Positions 43,946-57,671 of a stretch of 64,000 nucleotides of DNA are shown here, one piece after another. The position numbers and the translations under genes were made by a program. Within the stretch, counting starts at the first letter, position 1. Every line of letters begins with the position of its first letter. The stretch is from Octopus vulgaris (lineage: Eukaryota), in contig OX597830.1 of assembly GCA_951406725.2 (NCBI GenBank), forward strand, positions 30,752,001 to 30,816,000, in the 5' to 3' direction. Under the pieces are notes generated by a model. The model worked only from the letters and a program-made list of their open reading frames with translations. It was not told the origin of the DNA and made no database searches.

Positions 43946-44004
<59 letters not shown>

Positions 44005-44062
44005 ATGAGTGCGTGTGCGTGTGTGTAAACAAACATATACACATATGTATTCATATATATAC

Positions 44063-44139
<77 letters not shown>

Positions 44140-44361
44140 TACATGAGAAATCGAAAATTGAGACAAACGCTTAAGATGTTATTTAAATAACATCTTGAAC
44201 GTTTTTCTCCATTTTCCATTATTCTTATGTTTTCCAAAACACGTCTCGCTTCTCCCCCGGAGTTAACTCCCACGCAGGCGTGATCACTAGATCCTAGGAA
44301 GCTTATGTGACATCTGGCCACCTTGTAATTGTTCCTCTGGATCTTTCCTATAAATTGAACA

Positions 44362-44416
<55 letters not shown>

Positions 44417-44420
<4 letters not shown>

Positions 44421-44504
44421 CTATTCCCCGAGCGTTATACTAATACATCAGTTTGTTTTGTACACCACCTATCTTCGTCTTTTGTTTTTTTCGTAAACTC
44501 CCCC

Positions 44505-44535
<31 letters not shown>

Positions 44536-44543
44536 CCCCTATG

Positions 44544-44598
<55 letters not shown>

Positions 44599-44603
44599 GT
44601 TCT

Positions 44604-44644
<41 letters not shown>

Positions 44645-44810
44645 AGAGTTTACGAAAAAAACAAAAGACGAAGACAGGTGGTGTACAAAACAAACTGATG
44701 TATTAGTATAACGCTCAGGAATAGAAAAAGTCTTTTACGTTTCGAGCCTAAGCTCTTCTACAGAAAGAGATACAGAAAAAAACAAGGAGAGAATATGTGT
44801 AGTGGCTAAG
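44417..44810. mobile_element. inverted pair of family P ends around (TA)n
   Basis: 44417-44505 (+, partial) and 44641-44810 (-, with hammerhead-like motif at 44731-44768) are reverse complements over about 85 bp. Confidence 0.7.
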
Positions 44811-45007
44811 GCAGGCAGACGGACAGACAAAACAGAGCTACATATACTTATATATATACATACATACATGTTTACGTAGTTATAAATATAAGTTCGTATC
44901 AATGTTGAATTCGTGACCAAGAGATTTACCACATAAATTACTTAATTAGCATATCCGTCAATAGATATCAGAAAGTAGAACAGAACAAGTCAGAACGCGC
45001 GCGCGCG

Positions 45008-45049
<42 letters not shown>

Positions 45050-45441
45050 TGCACACACATACACACACACATGCTTATACATAAATACGCGGAGAGAAAA
45101 AGGAGCAGAGAATAAAGATCACAGAATCTCGAGTCAATAAAGGAAAACGCGAGAGCCCCCTTACGTCGTCACTCCGCTTGCTAGAAATAACAATAAAATA
45201 TTCTTCAAATTGCACTCAGCCGTCTTAAGGAACAAGAATGGCACGGGGCTCAGGGAACGAGTCTCTACGCGATCATACGAACTGCTAGAAACGGTAGCCA
45301 AATTTCTAATCGACGTCTTAGAAACACAAAAAAAAAATACGTAGATATGTTATATAGTGTTATCCAAGGTACAGTAGGTCTGAAAAATACAATGCAACAT
45401 GGCCAGGAAGAGTGCTTTTAATTATTCATTGGTGTGTGTGT

Positions 45442-45505
<64 letters not shown>

Positions 45506-45714
45506 TCAAGGTGTTGCTAACGCTACTTTATAATTAGCAGCAACGACAGCAACGTAACAAAGACGGTGTGCATTGGTGTGTGTGTGTGTGACAGAGTAGA
45601 GCAGCAACGACAGCAACGTGACGTGGACAGAGTAACGTAAGAAAAAGTAATGGATGGTCAGTGCAGCAAAGGCAATATGGTCTCTCCTGGGGATAAAGCA
45701 GCAGCAGCATCACC

Positions 45715-45746
<32 letters not shown>

Positions 45747-45748
45747 AA

Positions 45749-45979
45749 GGCGGTGAGCTGGCAGAAACGTTAGCACGCCGGGCGAAATGCGTAGCCGTAT
45801 TTCGTCTGCCGCTACGTTCTGAGTTCAAATTCCGCCGAGGTTGACTTTGCCTTTCATCCTTTCGGGGTCGATAAATCAAGTACCGGTTACGCACTGGGGT
45901 CGATGTAATCGACTTAATCCGTTTGTCTGTCCTTGTTTGTCCCCTCTGTGTTTAGCCCCTTGTGGGTAGTAAAGAAATA
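45749..45979 (+). mobile_element. SINE family B, full length, in a (GTA)n tract
   Basis: Head ggcggtgagctggcagaaacgttagc, B-box-like gagttcaaattcc, central gactttgcctttcatcctttcggggtcgataaa and 3' end gtaaagaaata. Decayed copies lie at ~8410, 11880, 16695, 25250, 26085, 27030 and 34495. Confidence 0.9.
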
Positions 45980-46297
45980 AGTAGTAGTAGTAGTAGCAGC
46001 AGTAGTAGTAGTAGTAGCAGCAGCAGTGTTAGCAGCCAAAATATGTCTTGAATTGGCCCATATTTTGAAGAGATGACCCACCGTTGATCCTTGAAATGCA
46101 GGCATTAGAGAGTGGAATGTCTTCCGATCTGCCAAAGCATCCAACCGTATCGGCATTAATTTCGGTTAGACGTTGTAATGTGAATAAATGGCTTATAAGA
46201 GTTGATTGCTATCTGTTCTACACAGCTAGATAAACAGTGACAGAGACAGACAGAACAGGTTGTAGGGTGAATAAATATAGAAAGAATTGAGAATCAG

Positions 46298-46337
<40 letters not shown>

Positions 46338-46496
46338 GTGTATGTATGTGTGTATCTAATTATATTTATCCGTCTCTCTCTCTACCGCTCTATCTATCTG
46401 CCCATCCCCCCGCTCACTCTCTCTCTTTCTCTCTCTTTTATCTTTTACTTGCTTCAGTCATTAGACTGACGCCACGCTGGGGACTCCTTCTCTCTC

Positions 46497-46563
<67 letters not shown>

Positions 46564-46584
46564 ATATGTATATATATATATATA

Positions 46585-47001
46585 TACTCTTTACTCTCTT
46601 TTACTCTTTTACTTGTTTCAGTCATTTGACTGCGGCCATGCTGGAGCACCACCTTTTAGTCGAGCAAATCGACCCCGGGACTTATTCTTTGTAAGCCCAG
46701 TACTTATTCTATCGGTACCTTTTGCCGAACCGCTAAGTGACGGGGATGTAAACACACCAGCATCGGTTGTCAAGCAATGCTAGGGGGACAAACACAGACA
46801 CACAAACACACACATACATATATATATATACATATATACGACAGGCTTCTTTCAGTTTCCGTCTACCAAATCCACTCACAAGGCGTTGGTCAGCCCGGGG
46901 CTATAGCAGAAGACACTTGCCCAAGATGCCACACAGTGGGACTGAACCCGGAACCATGTGGTTGGTTAGCAAGCTACTTACCACACAGCCACACCTGCGC
47001 C
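46585..47001 (-). mobile_element. SINE family A (young subfamily)
   Basis: Full-length copy. Confidence 0.9.
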
Positions 47002-47045
47002 TATGTATATGTGTGTGTATATATATATATGTGTGTATATATATA

Positions 47046-47385
47046 TTATTCTTTAACATGTTTCAGCCCTGAGGCTGTGGCCATGCTTAGTGCACCGCTA
47101 GTGTGATCACCTTTTAATTGGCCAATTCTAAGGGAGTGGCCCTCGGTGAAGGAGAGAGTTCGATACCGCTGCCTTCCTTTCAGTTTCCTGCCTTGATATT
47201 CGTTCATCTGAGATCTTGGATAGCAAGAAGCCAGGTTGTTTCTTGAAACCATCTACCCTCACTCCATAGAGATCACTCCGATGTTTTGGCAAGGAGTTAA
47301 ATAACTGTGGGCCCTTGAATCCCCGGCTATTGCAGTACTTAGTCCTCACCTTGGATGAGACAGCTGGGACTTTTGGAACCGTCCA
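47046..47385 (-). mobile_element. 3' end of a CR1/L2-superfamily LINE including its tail
   Basis: ORF end RTKYCNSRGFKGPQLFNSLPKHRSDLYGVRVDGFKKQ...SNSLLH is followed by a short 3' UTR ending gcggtgcactaagcatggccacagcctcagggctgaaacatgttaaagaataa. Confidence 0.78.
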
Positions 47386-48014
47386 GGAACATCCGAATGT
47401 ATTTTTCTTTTACTTGTTTGCGGCCATGCTGGGGCACTGCCTTTGAAGGTTTTTTTTTTTTCGAATAAATCGATCCGAGGGCGTTGTTTCAAGCCTAGAA
47501 TTTTATTCTATCGGTGTTTTTTGCCGAATCGCTAAGTTACGGGGCCGTAAACACACCAGCACTTGCTCAAAGTGTCACGCAGTGAGCCCGAACCTGGAAA
47601 TATGAAATTGGGAATGTATGTATATATATGTGTATATGTACAAACACACACACATACATAAATGTGTGAATGTGTGTTCCTTCATTTTTCTTTTTTAATT
47701 ATAAGAAGTATTCTTTTTTGAAGAAAAGAGCCGTTTTTGGCGGGGGCGGGGGCGGGGGCAAAGAACCATTGGTTCCATTAAGGGAATTTGTATGACAGCA
47801 ACATTAAATGTTACTAATTGAACTTATTGAACTAAGTAAGTCTTGCACATTTCTTCTGTTCCACTTACACGTTGCATTTGTAAAGTTCGAGGTGGCGAGT
47901 CTCTTCCTTTGCTTGGAAATCCTAGATTTTTCCAGATATCTCTCTATACAAATAGAAAGAGAGACAGACAGACAGGCAGACAGACAGGCAGGCAAACAGA
48001 CGGACGGACGGACG

Positions 48015-48054
<40 letters not shown>

Positions 48055-48057
48055 TAC

Positions 48058-48109
<52 letters not shown>

Positions 48110-48176
48110 GGATCGATGGATCGATGGATCGATGAATGGAGGGATGGAGAGATAGATAGATAGGTAGATAGATAGG

Positions 48177-48239
<63 letters not shown>

Positions 48240-48752
48240 AAGCGAGTGAGTGAAAGAGAGCATGTGACGTGTATACTTGCATGGTGTTCGTGAGCATGTG
48301 ACGTGTATACTTGCATGGTGTTCGTATGTTCGTATATGCATATCTATCTAAATGTGCCTGAGTATGTACGCATGTGTGAACCGCCTCTCCTCTGTCTTTC
48401 TTTCTCTCTCTGTATCTCTTTGTATCTCTCTCTCCCCTCTCCCTCTCTCTCTCTCTCTCTCTCTCTTCTTTCACTCACTTCAATATCCGATCACAAACTA
48501 CTTCTGATGACCAGTGGGTAAATAAAATACCTTTACACCATACAGATTATGCGTAACGTGCAGTTAGACAGCATATTCAAATGGTTGGCGGGAGAATGGA
48601 CTGATCCGGAATCGATAACGCTTCTCCACTTCAACACATGTTTACCATATCTGTGTCCAAGAAATACAAATAAAATAAGAAAGTATAAGATCTTCTTACT
48701 GCGAATTCTTTGAAACTATCTGAAGGCATTTCCTGATAGTTGAATATATGTA

Positions 48753-48879
<127 letters not shown>

Positions 48880-49018
48880 ACATACATACATACATACATA
48901 CATACATACATACATAAAGATGAATGTATACATACACGTGTGCGCATGTCTGCATGAGTGTGCACAAGTGCATGTATGAATGCATATATATGTATGTATA
49001 TATATATATATATATATG

Positions 49019-49058
<40 letters not shown>

Positions 49059-49682
49059 TACACACACACGGAGCGTGACAGACATACAGATAGACAGACA
49101 GGCACACCTACAGATAAAAACATACATACATACACACACACACACATACATACACACATACATACGTACGTACATACACACACACATACATACGTACATA
49201 AACGTGATTACCTTCAGGCTAGATCAGCTTTGTTACGCAACATCAAATCATTTGATCCCGGATGAATCATCTTCCAGTGGGGGGGCCAACCGACCCCTGA
49301 TTTTTACTTTCCTCTCAGCCAACCAAGCCGATAAAATCGTGCACTCTTTGGAGACATCAATGCTTCTGTTTGTCATAGCACTACAATGATGAAACACGGG
49401 GCTCTGTACAGAATCACACGTTCTGACATTATTTTTGCTCCTTCACTAATTTTAGCCAATAGGCTGCGACAAAGCTTAGAAAACGCAACAGCTTATTTTG
49501 TATATATTCTCTTTCTTTCTTTCTTTTTTCTTTATTAAAAAATCCAAATGATTTAGCTGTATAATATACAAGTTCAGCATCGATTTTTCCGGAGACTTTG
49601 ATTCCAAAGCCTTTGATTCCAAAGCCTTTCACATTTAAATTCAACAAATGTTAAATTTACTTAAATAATTTACTTAAATAAA

Positions 49683-50110
49683 GGCGCAGGAGTGGCTGTG
49701 TGGTAAGTAGCTTGCTAACCAACCACATGGTTCTGGGTTCAGTCCCACTGCGTGGCATCTTGGGCAAGTGTCTTCTGCTATAGCCCCGGGCCGACCAATG
49801 CCTTGTGAGTGGATTTGGTAGACGGAAACTGAAAGAAGCCTGTCGTATATATGTATATATGTATATATATATATGTATGTGTGTGTGTTTATGTGTCTGT
49901 GTTTGTCCCCCTAGCATTGCTTGACAACCGATGCTGGTGTGTTTACGTCCCCGTCACTTAGCGGTTCGGCAAAAGAGACCGATAGAATAAGTACTGGGCT
50001 TACAAAGAATAAGTTCCGGGGTCGATTTGCTCGACTAAAGGCGGTGCTCCAGCATGGCCGCAGTCGAATGACTGAAACAAGTAAAAGAGTAAAGAGTAAA
50101 GAGTAAGAGT
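49683..50110 (+). mobile_element. SINE family A (young subfamily)
   Basis: Intact head ggcgcaggagtggctgtgtggtaag and (gtaaaga)n tail. Confidence 0.92.
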
Positions 50111-50186
50111 AATTAAATGAAATGCAGTTCCTTGCACATTAGTCTAATCGTTCTCAAACATATTTTTTCCTATAGACGCCTTTCAT

Positions 50187-50246
50187 TCCTACTGTACTCA
50201 GATGGTCCTACTGTACTCAGATGGTCCTACTGTACTCTGATGGTCC
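50187..50246. repeat. 19-bp tandem repeat x3 (tcctactgtactcagatgg)
   Basis: Seen directly; one substitution in the third unit. Confidence 0.85.
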
Positions 50247-50311
50247 CTCCCAGCCATTCGATCTTCAAAAAAAAAATCCTGCTACATTAATTACTCCTTT
50301 ACTCTCCTTTA

Positions 50312-50692
50312 CTCACTCTTTTACTTGTTTCAGTCATTTGACTGCGGCCATGCTGGAGCACCGCCTTTAGTCGAGCAAATCGACCCCAGGACTTATTCTT
50401 TTGTAAGCCTACTACTTATTCTATCGGTTTCTTTTGCCGAACCGCTAGCTTACGGGGACGTAAACACACCACTATCGGTTGTCAAGCGATGTTGGGGGTG
50501 GGGGGCACAGACACAAAAACACACGCACATATCTACACATACATACGACGGGCTTCTTTCAGTTTCCGTCTACCAAATCCACTGACAAAACTGTGGTCGG
50601 CCAGAGGCTATAGTAGAAAATATTTGCGTAAGGTGCCGCGCAGTGGGACTGAACCCGGAACCATGTGGTTGGTAAACAAGCTACTTACCACA
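50312..50692 (-). mobile_element. SINE family A
   Basis: Near-full-length copy, inverted relative to both neighbours. Confidence 0.88.
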
Positions 50693-50764
50693 GAGCAGTG
50701 GAGGAGGATATTCTGAAAATCTAGTCGCTTGAATAAGAATAGCATAGAGAAAGTTCAGAGAGCT

Positions 50765-51138
50765 GGAGTGGCTGTGTGGTAAGTAGCTTGCCTACCAACC
50801 ACATGGTTCTGGGTTCAGTCCCACTGCGTGGCATCTTGGGCAAGTGTCTTCTGCTATAGCCCCGGGCCGACCAATGCCTTGTGAGTGGAATTGGTAGACG
50901 GAAACTGAAAGAAGCCTGTCGTATATATGTATATATATATGCGTGTGTGTGTTTGTGTGAGTGTGTTTGCCCCCCTAGCATTGCTTGACAACCGATGCTG
51001 GTGTATTTACGTCCCCGTCACCTAGCGGTTCGGAAAAAGAGACCGATAGAATAAGTACTGGGCTTACAAAAGAATAAGTCCCGGGGTCGATTTGCTCGAC
51101 TAAAGGCGGTGCTCCAGCATAGCCGCAGTCAAATGACT
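50765..51138 (+). mobile_element. SINE family A (young subfamily), tail clipped
   Basis: Near-identical to 49683-50110; it stops after gcagtcaaatgact. Confidence 0.88.
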
Positions 51139-51449
51139 TTATCTTAATAATTACGATGCGCACTCTTCAGCTTTACTATTTCTGCTCTGTCTATCTCTCT
51201 CTCTCTTGTTCTTCATCCTTTCTGGGTTTCTCTCCTACCCTTCCCTATTCTTCTCCTCTCCCCCTTCACCGCTCCCTCTCTCTTATTCCTTCTCCTCCTC
51301 CTCCTCCTCCTCCTTCTCAACTCTCTCGTCACTGACACGTGATCAGAGGGAAGACATCTTTCCAACTGCTATCTTCACCAAGACCATGAAGCTATTTTGT
51401 TCTGCTTAACGTGCAATCTTAGTTTGCATGTACAACAAAGTGCAACTGT

Positions 51450-51720
51450 ATCGAGAGGAAAGTTATGCAAAAGAGGAATCAACTGTAGAGAGCAAGACAG
51501 AAGACTGCGATAGTTTGGCCTTGTGAGGAGTAAGGATGAGAACAAATGCATAAAGAAGTGCAGATTGCTTAAAGAGGGTGGGATTCGTGAAAGAGGGAGA
51601 CCCAGGAAGACATGGGGCAAATTATTGAAGGTTTAACTCAAGATGCTGAACCTTACGGATGAGATAACAAAGAACGAAGAAAATGGACGTTTTGCTGCGC
51701 TCGAGAAGACCGTAAAAATT
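51450..51720 (+). mobile_element. decayed RTE-clade LINE 3' fragment
   Basis: Translates to RRLR*FGLVRSKDENKCIKKC...RERGRPRKTW, matching the RTE C-terminal RRLRWFGHV/RGRP motifs. Confidence 0.7.
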
Positions 51721-51842
51721 CCAACAAAAATGATATCCTAAAAAACCACTCATTTATGCGTGTACGTGCGAAGACCTGTCCCCCTCCTTTCTCGCCTCTC
51801 TCTCTCACACTTCAAATCATCCTCCCTCATTTTCATCTCTTC

Positions 51843-52165
<323 letters not shown>

Positions 52166-53234
52166 TTATGTATGTATATATGTATGTATGTATGTATGGA
52201 TGGATGGATGGATGGATGGATGGATGGATGGATGGATGGATGTGTGTGTGCATACCTAAGTACGCATGTATGACTGTTTATATGCATGCAGATATAAATA
52301 TATGTAGTATGTAAGTATACGGGTATGCATATATATACATATATATATGTTTGCATATGTTGTGTGTTTGTATATGTTATGTATATACATATGTATAATT
52401 TTGATCCTTAACTTGACCCTTCCCTTCAATCCAACCCACCCCACCTCTTCCCTTTCACCTCAGCTCTTCATTCATAATATTCACGCCCATTTTCTATATA
52501 CATATATCACGCCCATTACTTAAATACGTACACCATAATGCGCGCACACGCACACGCATAGTACATGCCATCATACATACATACACTTACCTGTAGAATA
52601 TATTCCGAACACCTGTTGGTTGGTTCCTGGTTATTCCCTTTCTCTCTCCTCTTCCCACTACCACTACCATCACCACCATAATTATAACCTTATCATGACA
52701 CCTTGAATTTTATCTAGGGCACTGACGGACGGTTCTCATTCTTACACACACACACACCTACGCACACACACGCACACATACACACACACACGCACAAGCA
52801 AACACACATACGCATTATCTATGCTTCTAACAATCTCGATTATCTACCTATCTATATATCTATCTACCTTTCTACCAACCTATCTAGCTCTATCCATCTA
52901 TCCATCTATCTCTATGTCTGTCTGTACTTACACACACACATCCACACGCAGACACGTACACACACGCACACACACACACACACACACATGCACACACATA
53001 TTTACTTATGTATATATGTCATTATTCGGTTATATTTCAAGATTTCTTGCCCATAGAGAAAGATCCGGTTTCTGACCTAAATCCAAGGCTCCTTCTTTGG
53101 AATTTCAACATCAACAACAGTGTATGCATGTATGCATGTATGTATGTATGTATTTATGTATGTATGTATGTATGTATGTATGGATGGATGGATGGATGTA
53201 TGTATGTATTTATGTATGTATGTATGTATGTATG

Positions 53235-53264
<30 letters not shown>

Positions 53265-53265
<1 letters not shown>

Positions 53266-53675
53266 GTTTATGCATGTATGTATCTTCGTGTGTATGTATA
53301 CATGCAGATTTGTATGTTTTGTCTTATGTATGTCTTCTCATGCATATAGTTGCATATACTTAAATGATAAACTTTTGGAAAGTTTTACAGATTTTTACAG
53401 TTCCAGTGATGGCCTGAATCTGTAGTTTTCGAATCGGCTTTTTTTCATTTCTGGTTTTGAAAAGCCCGATTCCTCAAGATTGGTATTTAGGTGAGTTACA
53501 TATCCTTGGACCCCAATAATTACAGTAATAAACTTGAGCTTATAATCTGGAGAGAGTAACTGCTGATTTCTCAATAGTTCAGCGTAAGTATTCTCTTTTG
53601 TCACTGATATTCATCTGTATGTTAATATCCGCTGGGCAGCGATTTCCACAACTGTACACACTTTCTCTACCTTGT
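53265..53675 (-). mobile_element. 3' fragment of RLE-type (R4/Dong-like) non-LTR retrotransposon with 3' UTR
   Basis: Frameshifted CTVVEI/CPADINI/KENTYAELLRNQQLLSPDYKLKFITVIIGVQGYVT...GTVKICKTFQKFII*. The 3' UTR runs into (CATA)n. Confidence 0.75.
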
Positions 53676-53694
53676 CCCAAAGCATATATAAATA

Positions 53695-53910
53695 TAACGG
53701 GAAGCTTTATGAAAATAAACAAAAGACGAAGGCAGGTGGAATATAAACAAACAATTGTATTAGTATGGCGCTCAGGAATATAAATAAAACAAGTCTTTTA
53801 CGTTTCGAGCCTACGCTCTTCAACAGAAAGATACACAGAAAAGAAACACAGAAAGAAACAAGGAGAGAAAAAGAAATGCGTGCAGAAGCTAGCGAATCAA
53901 CATGGTGATA
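53695..53910 (-). mobile_element. family P element
   Basis: Minus strand at 53794-53831 reads tctttCTGTTGAagagcgtaggctcGAAAcgTAaaaga. Confidence 0.65.
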
Positions 53911-54243
53911 TAAATATATGTGTGTATGTATGTTTGTATGTATGTATTATGCATGTGTGTGCGCGCGCGTGTGTGTATGTACGTACGCATGTATGTATAT
54001 AATCATTCAGTTTTATTTTAAGGTTTCTTGCCAATAGAAACACCTTGATCAAGCAGACCAATGAATAATTAAAAGCACTCTACCTGGCCATTTTGAATTG
54101 CATTTTTCAGACCTACTGTACTTTGGATAACACTATATAACAAAACTGTATGTATGTATGTATGTATGTATGTATGTATGTATGTATGTATGTATGTATG
54201 TATGTATGTATGTATGTATGTATGAATGTATGTATGTATGCAT

Positions 54244-54720
54244 GTATACGTGCCGATTTGTATGTTTTGTTTTCTGTATATCTTCTCTATGCATGTTTGT
54301 ATGTATATATGTATGTATGCATGTATGTATGTATGTATGTATGTATGCATGCATGCATGTATGTATGTATGTATGTATGCATGTATGTATTTATATATGT
54401 ATGTATATATGTATGTATGCATGTATGTATGTATGCATGTATGTATGTATGTATGTATGTATGCATGTATGTATGTATGTATGTATGTATGCATGTATGT
54501 ATGTATGTATGCATGTATGTATGTATGTATGTATGTATGTATGTATGTATGTATGTATGTATGTATGTATGTATGTATGTATACGTGCCGATTTGTATGT
54601 TTTGTTTTCTGTATATCTTCTCTATGCATGTTTGTATGTATGTATGCATGTATGTATGTATGTATGTATACGTGCCGATTTGTATGCTTTGTTTTTCTGT
54701 ATATCTTCTCTATGCATGTA
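54244..54720 (-). repeat. three ~55-bp units interspersed in (TATG)n, matching the RLE element 3' UTR
   Basis: gtatacgtgccgatttgtatgttttgttttctgtatatcttctctatgcatg occurs at ~54244, 54579 and 54666; it is similar to 53296-53346. Confidence 0.75.
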
Positions 54721-54726
54721 TAAATG

Positions 54727-54760
<34 letters not shown>

Positions 54761-55275
54761 TGTATGTATGTATGTATGCATGTATGTATGTATGTATGTA
54801 TGCATGCAGGTACATATGTATTCTCGTTTTATACGATTTCGATTTGTACGTTATTTCATGGAACCAATGTATAGCGTAAACAGTAAACAAAAGACGATGA
54901 TCAGTTAAGTGAAACTCTGAGTAACAGTCTGTGAGAACTGTTCACCTTAAATTAATTATCATATATATGTGTGTATATGGGCGTGTGTATAAACACACAT
55001 ATATACACGGTAGAATGAGATAAAACAAAAATGAAGCTTAGAATACAAAGAGAATGGAATTAAGAAAATTGTTACGATACAATATAAAATCATAATCTAT
55101 AATTGGGCGTGTGCCTTTATATGTATTGATATGTGGATAATTAGTGCTTGTGTGCGTATGTGAGAAGATTTTTTTGTGTATGTATAAGAAAGTGACAGCC
55201 TGTGCGTGTGTTAGGAAACATATGCGTGAGATGTAGTATAGAATATAAATACATAAGATGTATATATACATAAAT

Positions 55276-55435
55276 ACATAGGAGTGGCTGTGTGGTAAGT
55301 AGCTTGCTTACCAACCACATGGTTCCGGGTTCATTCCTACTGCGTGGCATCTTGGGTATGTGTCTTCTACTATAGCCTCGGGTCGACCAAAGCCTTGTGA
55401 GTGGATCTGGTAGACGGAAACTGAAAGAAGCCCGT

Positions 55436-55470
<35 letters not shown>

Positions 55471-57291
55471 ATATGTTTGTGTGTCTGTGTTTGTCCCCCT
55501 ACCATCGCTTGACAAGCGATGGTGCGTTTACGTCCCCGTAACCTAGCGGTTCAGCAAAAGAGACCGATAGGCTTATAAAGAATAAGTCGATTTACTCGAC
55601 TAAATGCGGTGCTCCAGCATGGCCGCAGTTAAATGACTGAAACAAATAAAAGAGTAAAGTGTAGAGAGACACACACACACGCACGAATAAACACATGCAC
55701 ACACACACACACACACAGGCGCGCGCGCGCAGTTATATACACATGGCTAGGTGCAATCGTAGCTGTGTAGTAAGAAGCTTGCTTTCCAACCACATGATTC
55801 CGAGTTCAGTCCCACTGCATTGTACCCTGGGCAAGTGTCTTCTACTATAGCCTTGCGAGAGGATTTCGTAGGCGGAAACTGAATGAAGCCCACCGCACAT
55901 AAATATATTTGTGTGTGTGTGTGTGTGTGTGTCTCTTTGTGCATCTGTTTGCCCCACCTACTCCATCACAGCTTCACAACCGGTGTTGATGTGTTTACGT
56001 CCCCGTAATATAGCGATTCGGCTTAAGAGAATATACAATAAAAATCTAGGCTTGGAAAGTAAGTCCTGAGGTAGATTGTTCGACTAAGACCGTTCGAGAC
56101 GGTGCTCCAGCAAGGCCGCAGTCAAATGACTGAAATAAATGAAAGAACAAGAGAATAAATACACACACATACACACACATACACACGCATACATACATAC
56201 ACGCACACATGTAAAACTAAATGCTTTCATATACCCAGTAACAATAATTAATGAACAAATAAAGGATTCAAAACTACTTGACGTCTAATATTTATTATTT
56301 TATTGACAGTGACTTCGAAGTATCGTCGAGAATGTGGATTGGACAAATAGTATAAGTGGAGAAAGTTACATACTTTGGGTTCACTGCCACTATGCGGAAC
56401 TTTGGGCTATAATGATATCCATTATATGGATTTGGTAGACGGAAACTGAAAGAAGCCCGTCGTATGTGTGTATGTGTGTGTGTGTATGTGTGTGTGTGTG
56501 TGTGTATGTGTGTGTGTGTGTGTATGTGTGTGTGTGTGTGTGTTTGTGTGTCTGTGTTTGTCCCCCTACCATCGCTTGACAAACGATGGTGCGTTTACGT
56601 CCCCGTAATCTAGCGGTTCAGCAAAAGAGACCGATGGGCTTATAAAGAATAAGTCCATTTACTCGACTAAAGGCGGTGCTCCAGCATGGCCACAGTCAAA
56701 TGACTGAAACAAATAAAAGAGTAAAGTGTAGAGAGACACACACGCACAGATAAACACATGCACGCACACACACACAGGCGCGCGCGCGCAGTTATATACA
56801 CATGGTTAGGCGCAATCGTAGCTGTGTAGTAAGAAGCTTGCTTTCCAACCACATAGTTCCGAGTTCAGTCCCACTGCGTTGCACCCTGGGCAAGTGTCTT
56901 CTACTATAGTCTTGCGAGAGGATTTCGTAGGCGGAAACTGAAAGAAGCCCGCCGCACATACGTATATTTGTGTGTGTGTGTGTGTCTCTTTGTGCATGTG
57001 TTTGTCCCACCCACTCCATCACAGCTTCACAACTGGTGTTGGTGTGTTTACGTCCCCGTAATATGGCGGTTTGGCCTTAAGAGAATATACAATAAAAACA
57101 CTAGGATTGGTAAGTCCTGAGGTAGATTGTTCGACTAAGACCGTTCGAGACGGTGCTCCAGCATGGCCGCAGTCAAATGACTGAAATAAATGAAAGAACA
57201 AGAGAATAAATACACACACATACACACACATACACACGCATACATACATACATACACGCACATATGTAAAACTAAATGCTTTCACATACCC
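55276..57291 (+). repeat. four SINE A copies arranged as a local segmental duplication
   Basis: 55402-56236 and 56427-57291 share both SINEs, private deletions and the unique spacers (gtgtagagagacac...gcgcgcgcagttatatacacatgg; atgtaaaactaaatgctttca). Confidence 0.88.
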
Positions 57292-57606
57292 CCAAAAGAA
57301 AAGCTCTACCTTGTAATTTGTCCCATCTGTGTGCAGCCCAGTGTGACCAATAAAGAAACTTATCTATATATCTATCTGTCTGTCTATCTATCTATCTACC
57401 TGTCTGTCTGTCTGTCTGACTATCGATCTATCTGTCTAGCTATCTAGCTATCTATCCCTCTGCCTATCTATAGCTATCTACCTATCTACCTATCTGCTGT
57501 CTATCTATCTAGCTATCTCTCTTTCTCTCTTTCTCTCTGTGTCTATCTATCTATTTGTCTATCTATCTATCTATCTATCTATCAATCTATCTATCTATCT
57601 ATCTCC

Positions 57607-57671
<65 letters not shown>

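Noticed and set aside
48258-48325. 34-bp perfect tandem duplication
   Set aside because: Real, but an ordinary slippage duplication with no further structure.
54244-54720. Repeat-spacer-like array (CRISPR-like appearance)
   Set aside because: The spacers are (TATG)n of uneven length, there are no cas genes, the context is eukaryotic, and the units match a retrotransposon 3' UTR.
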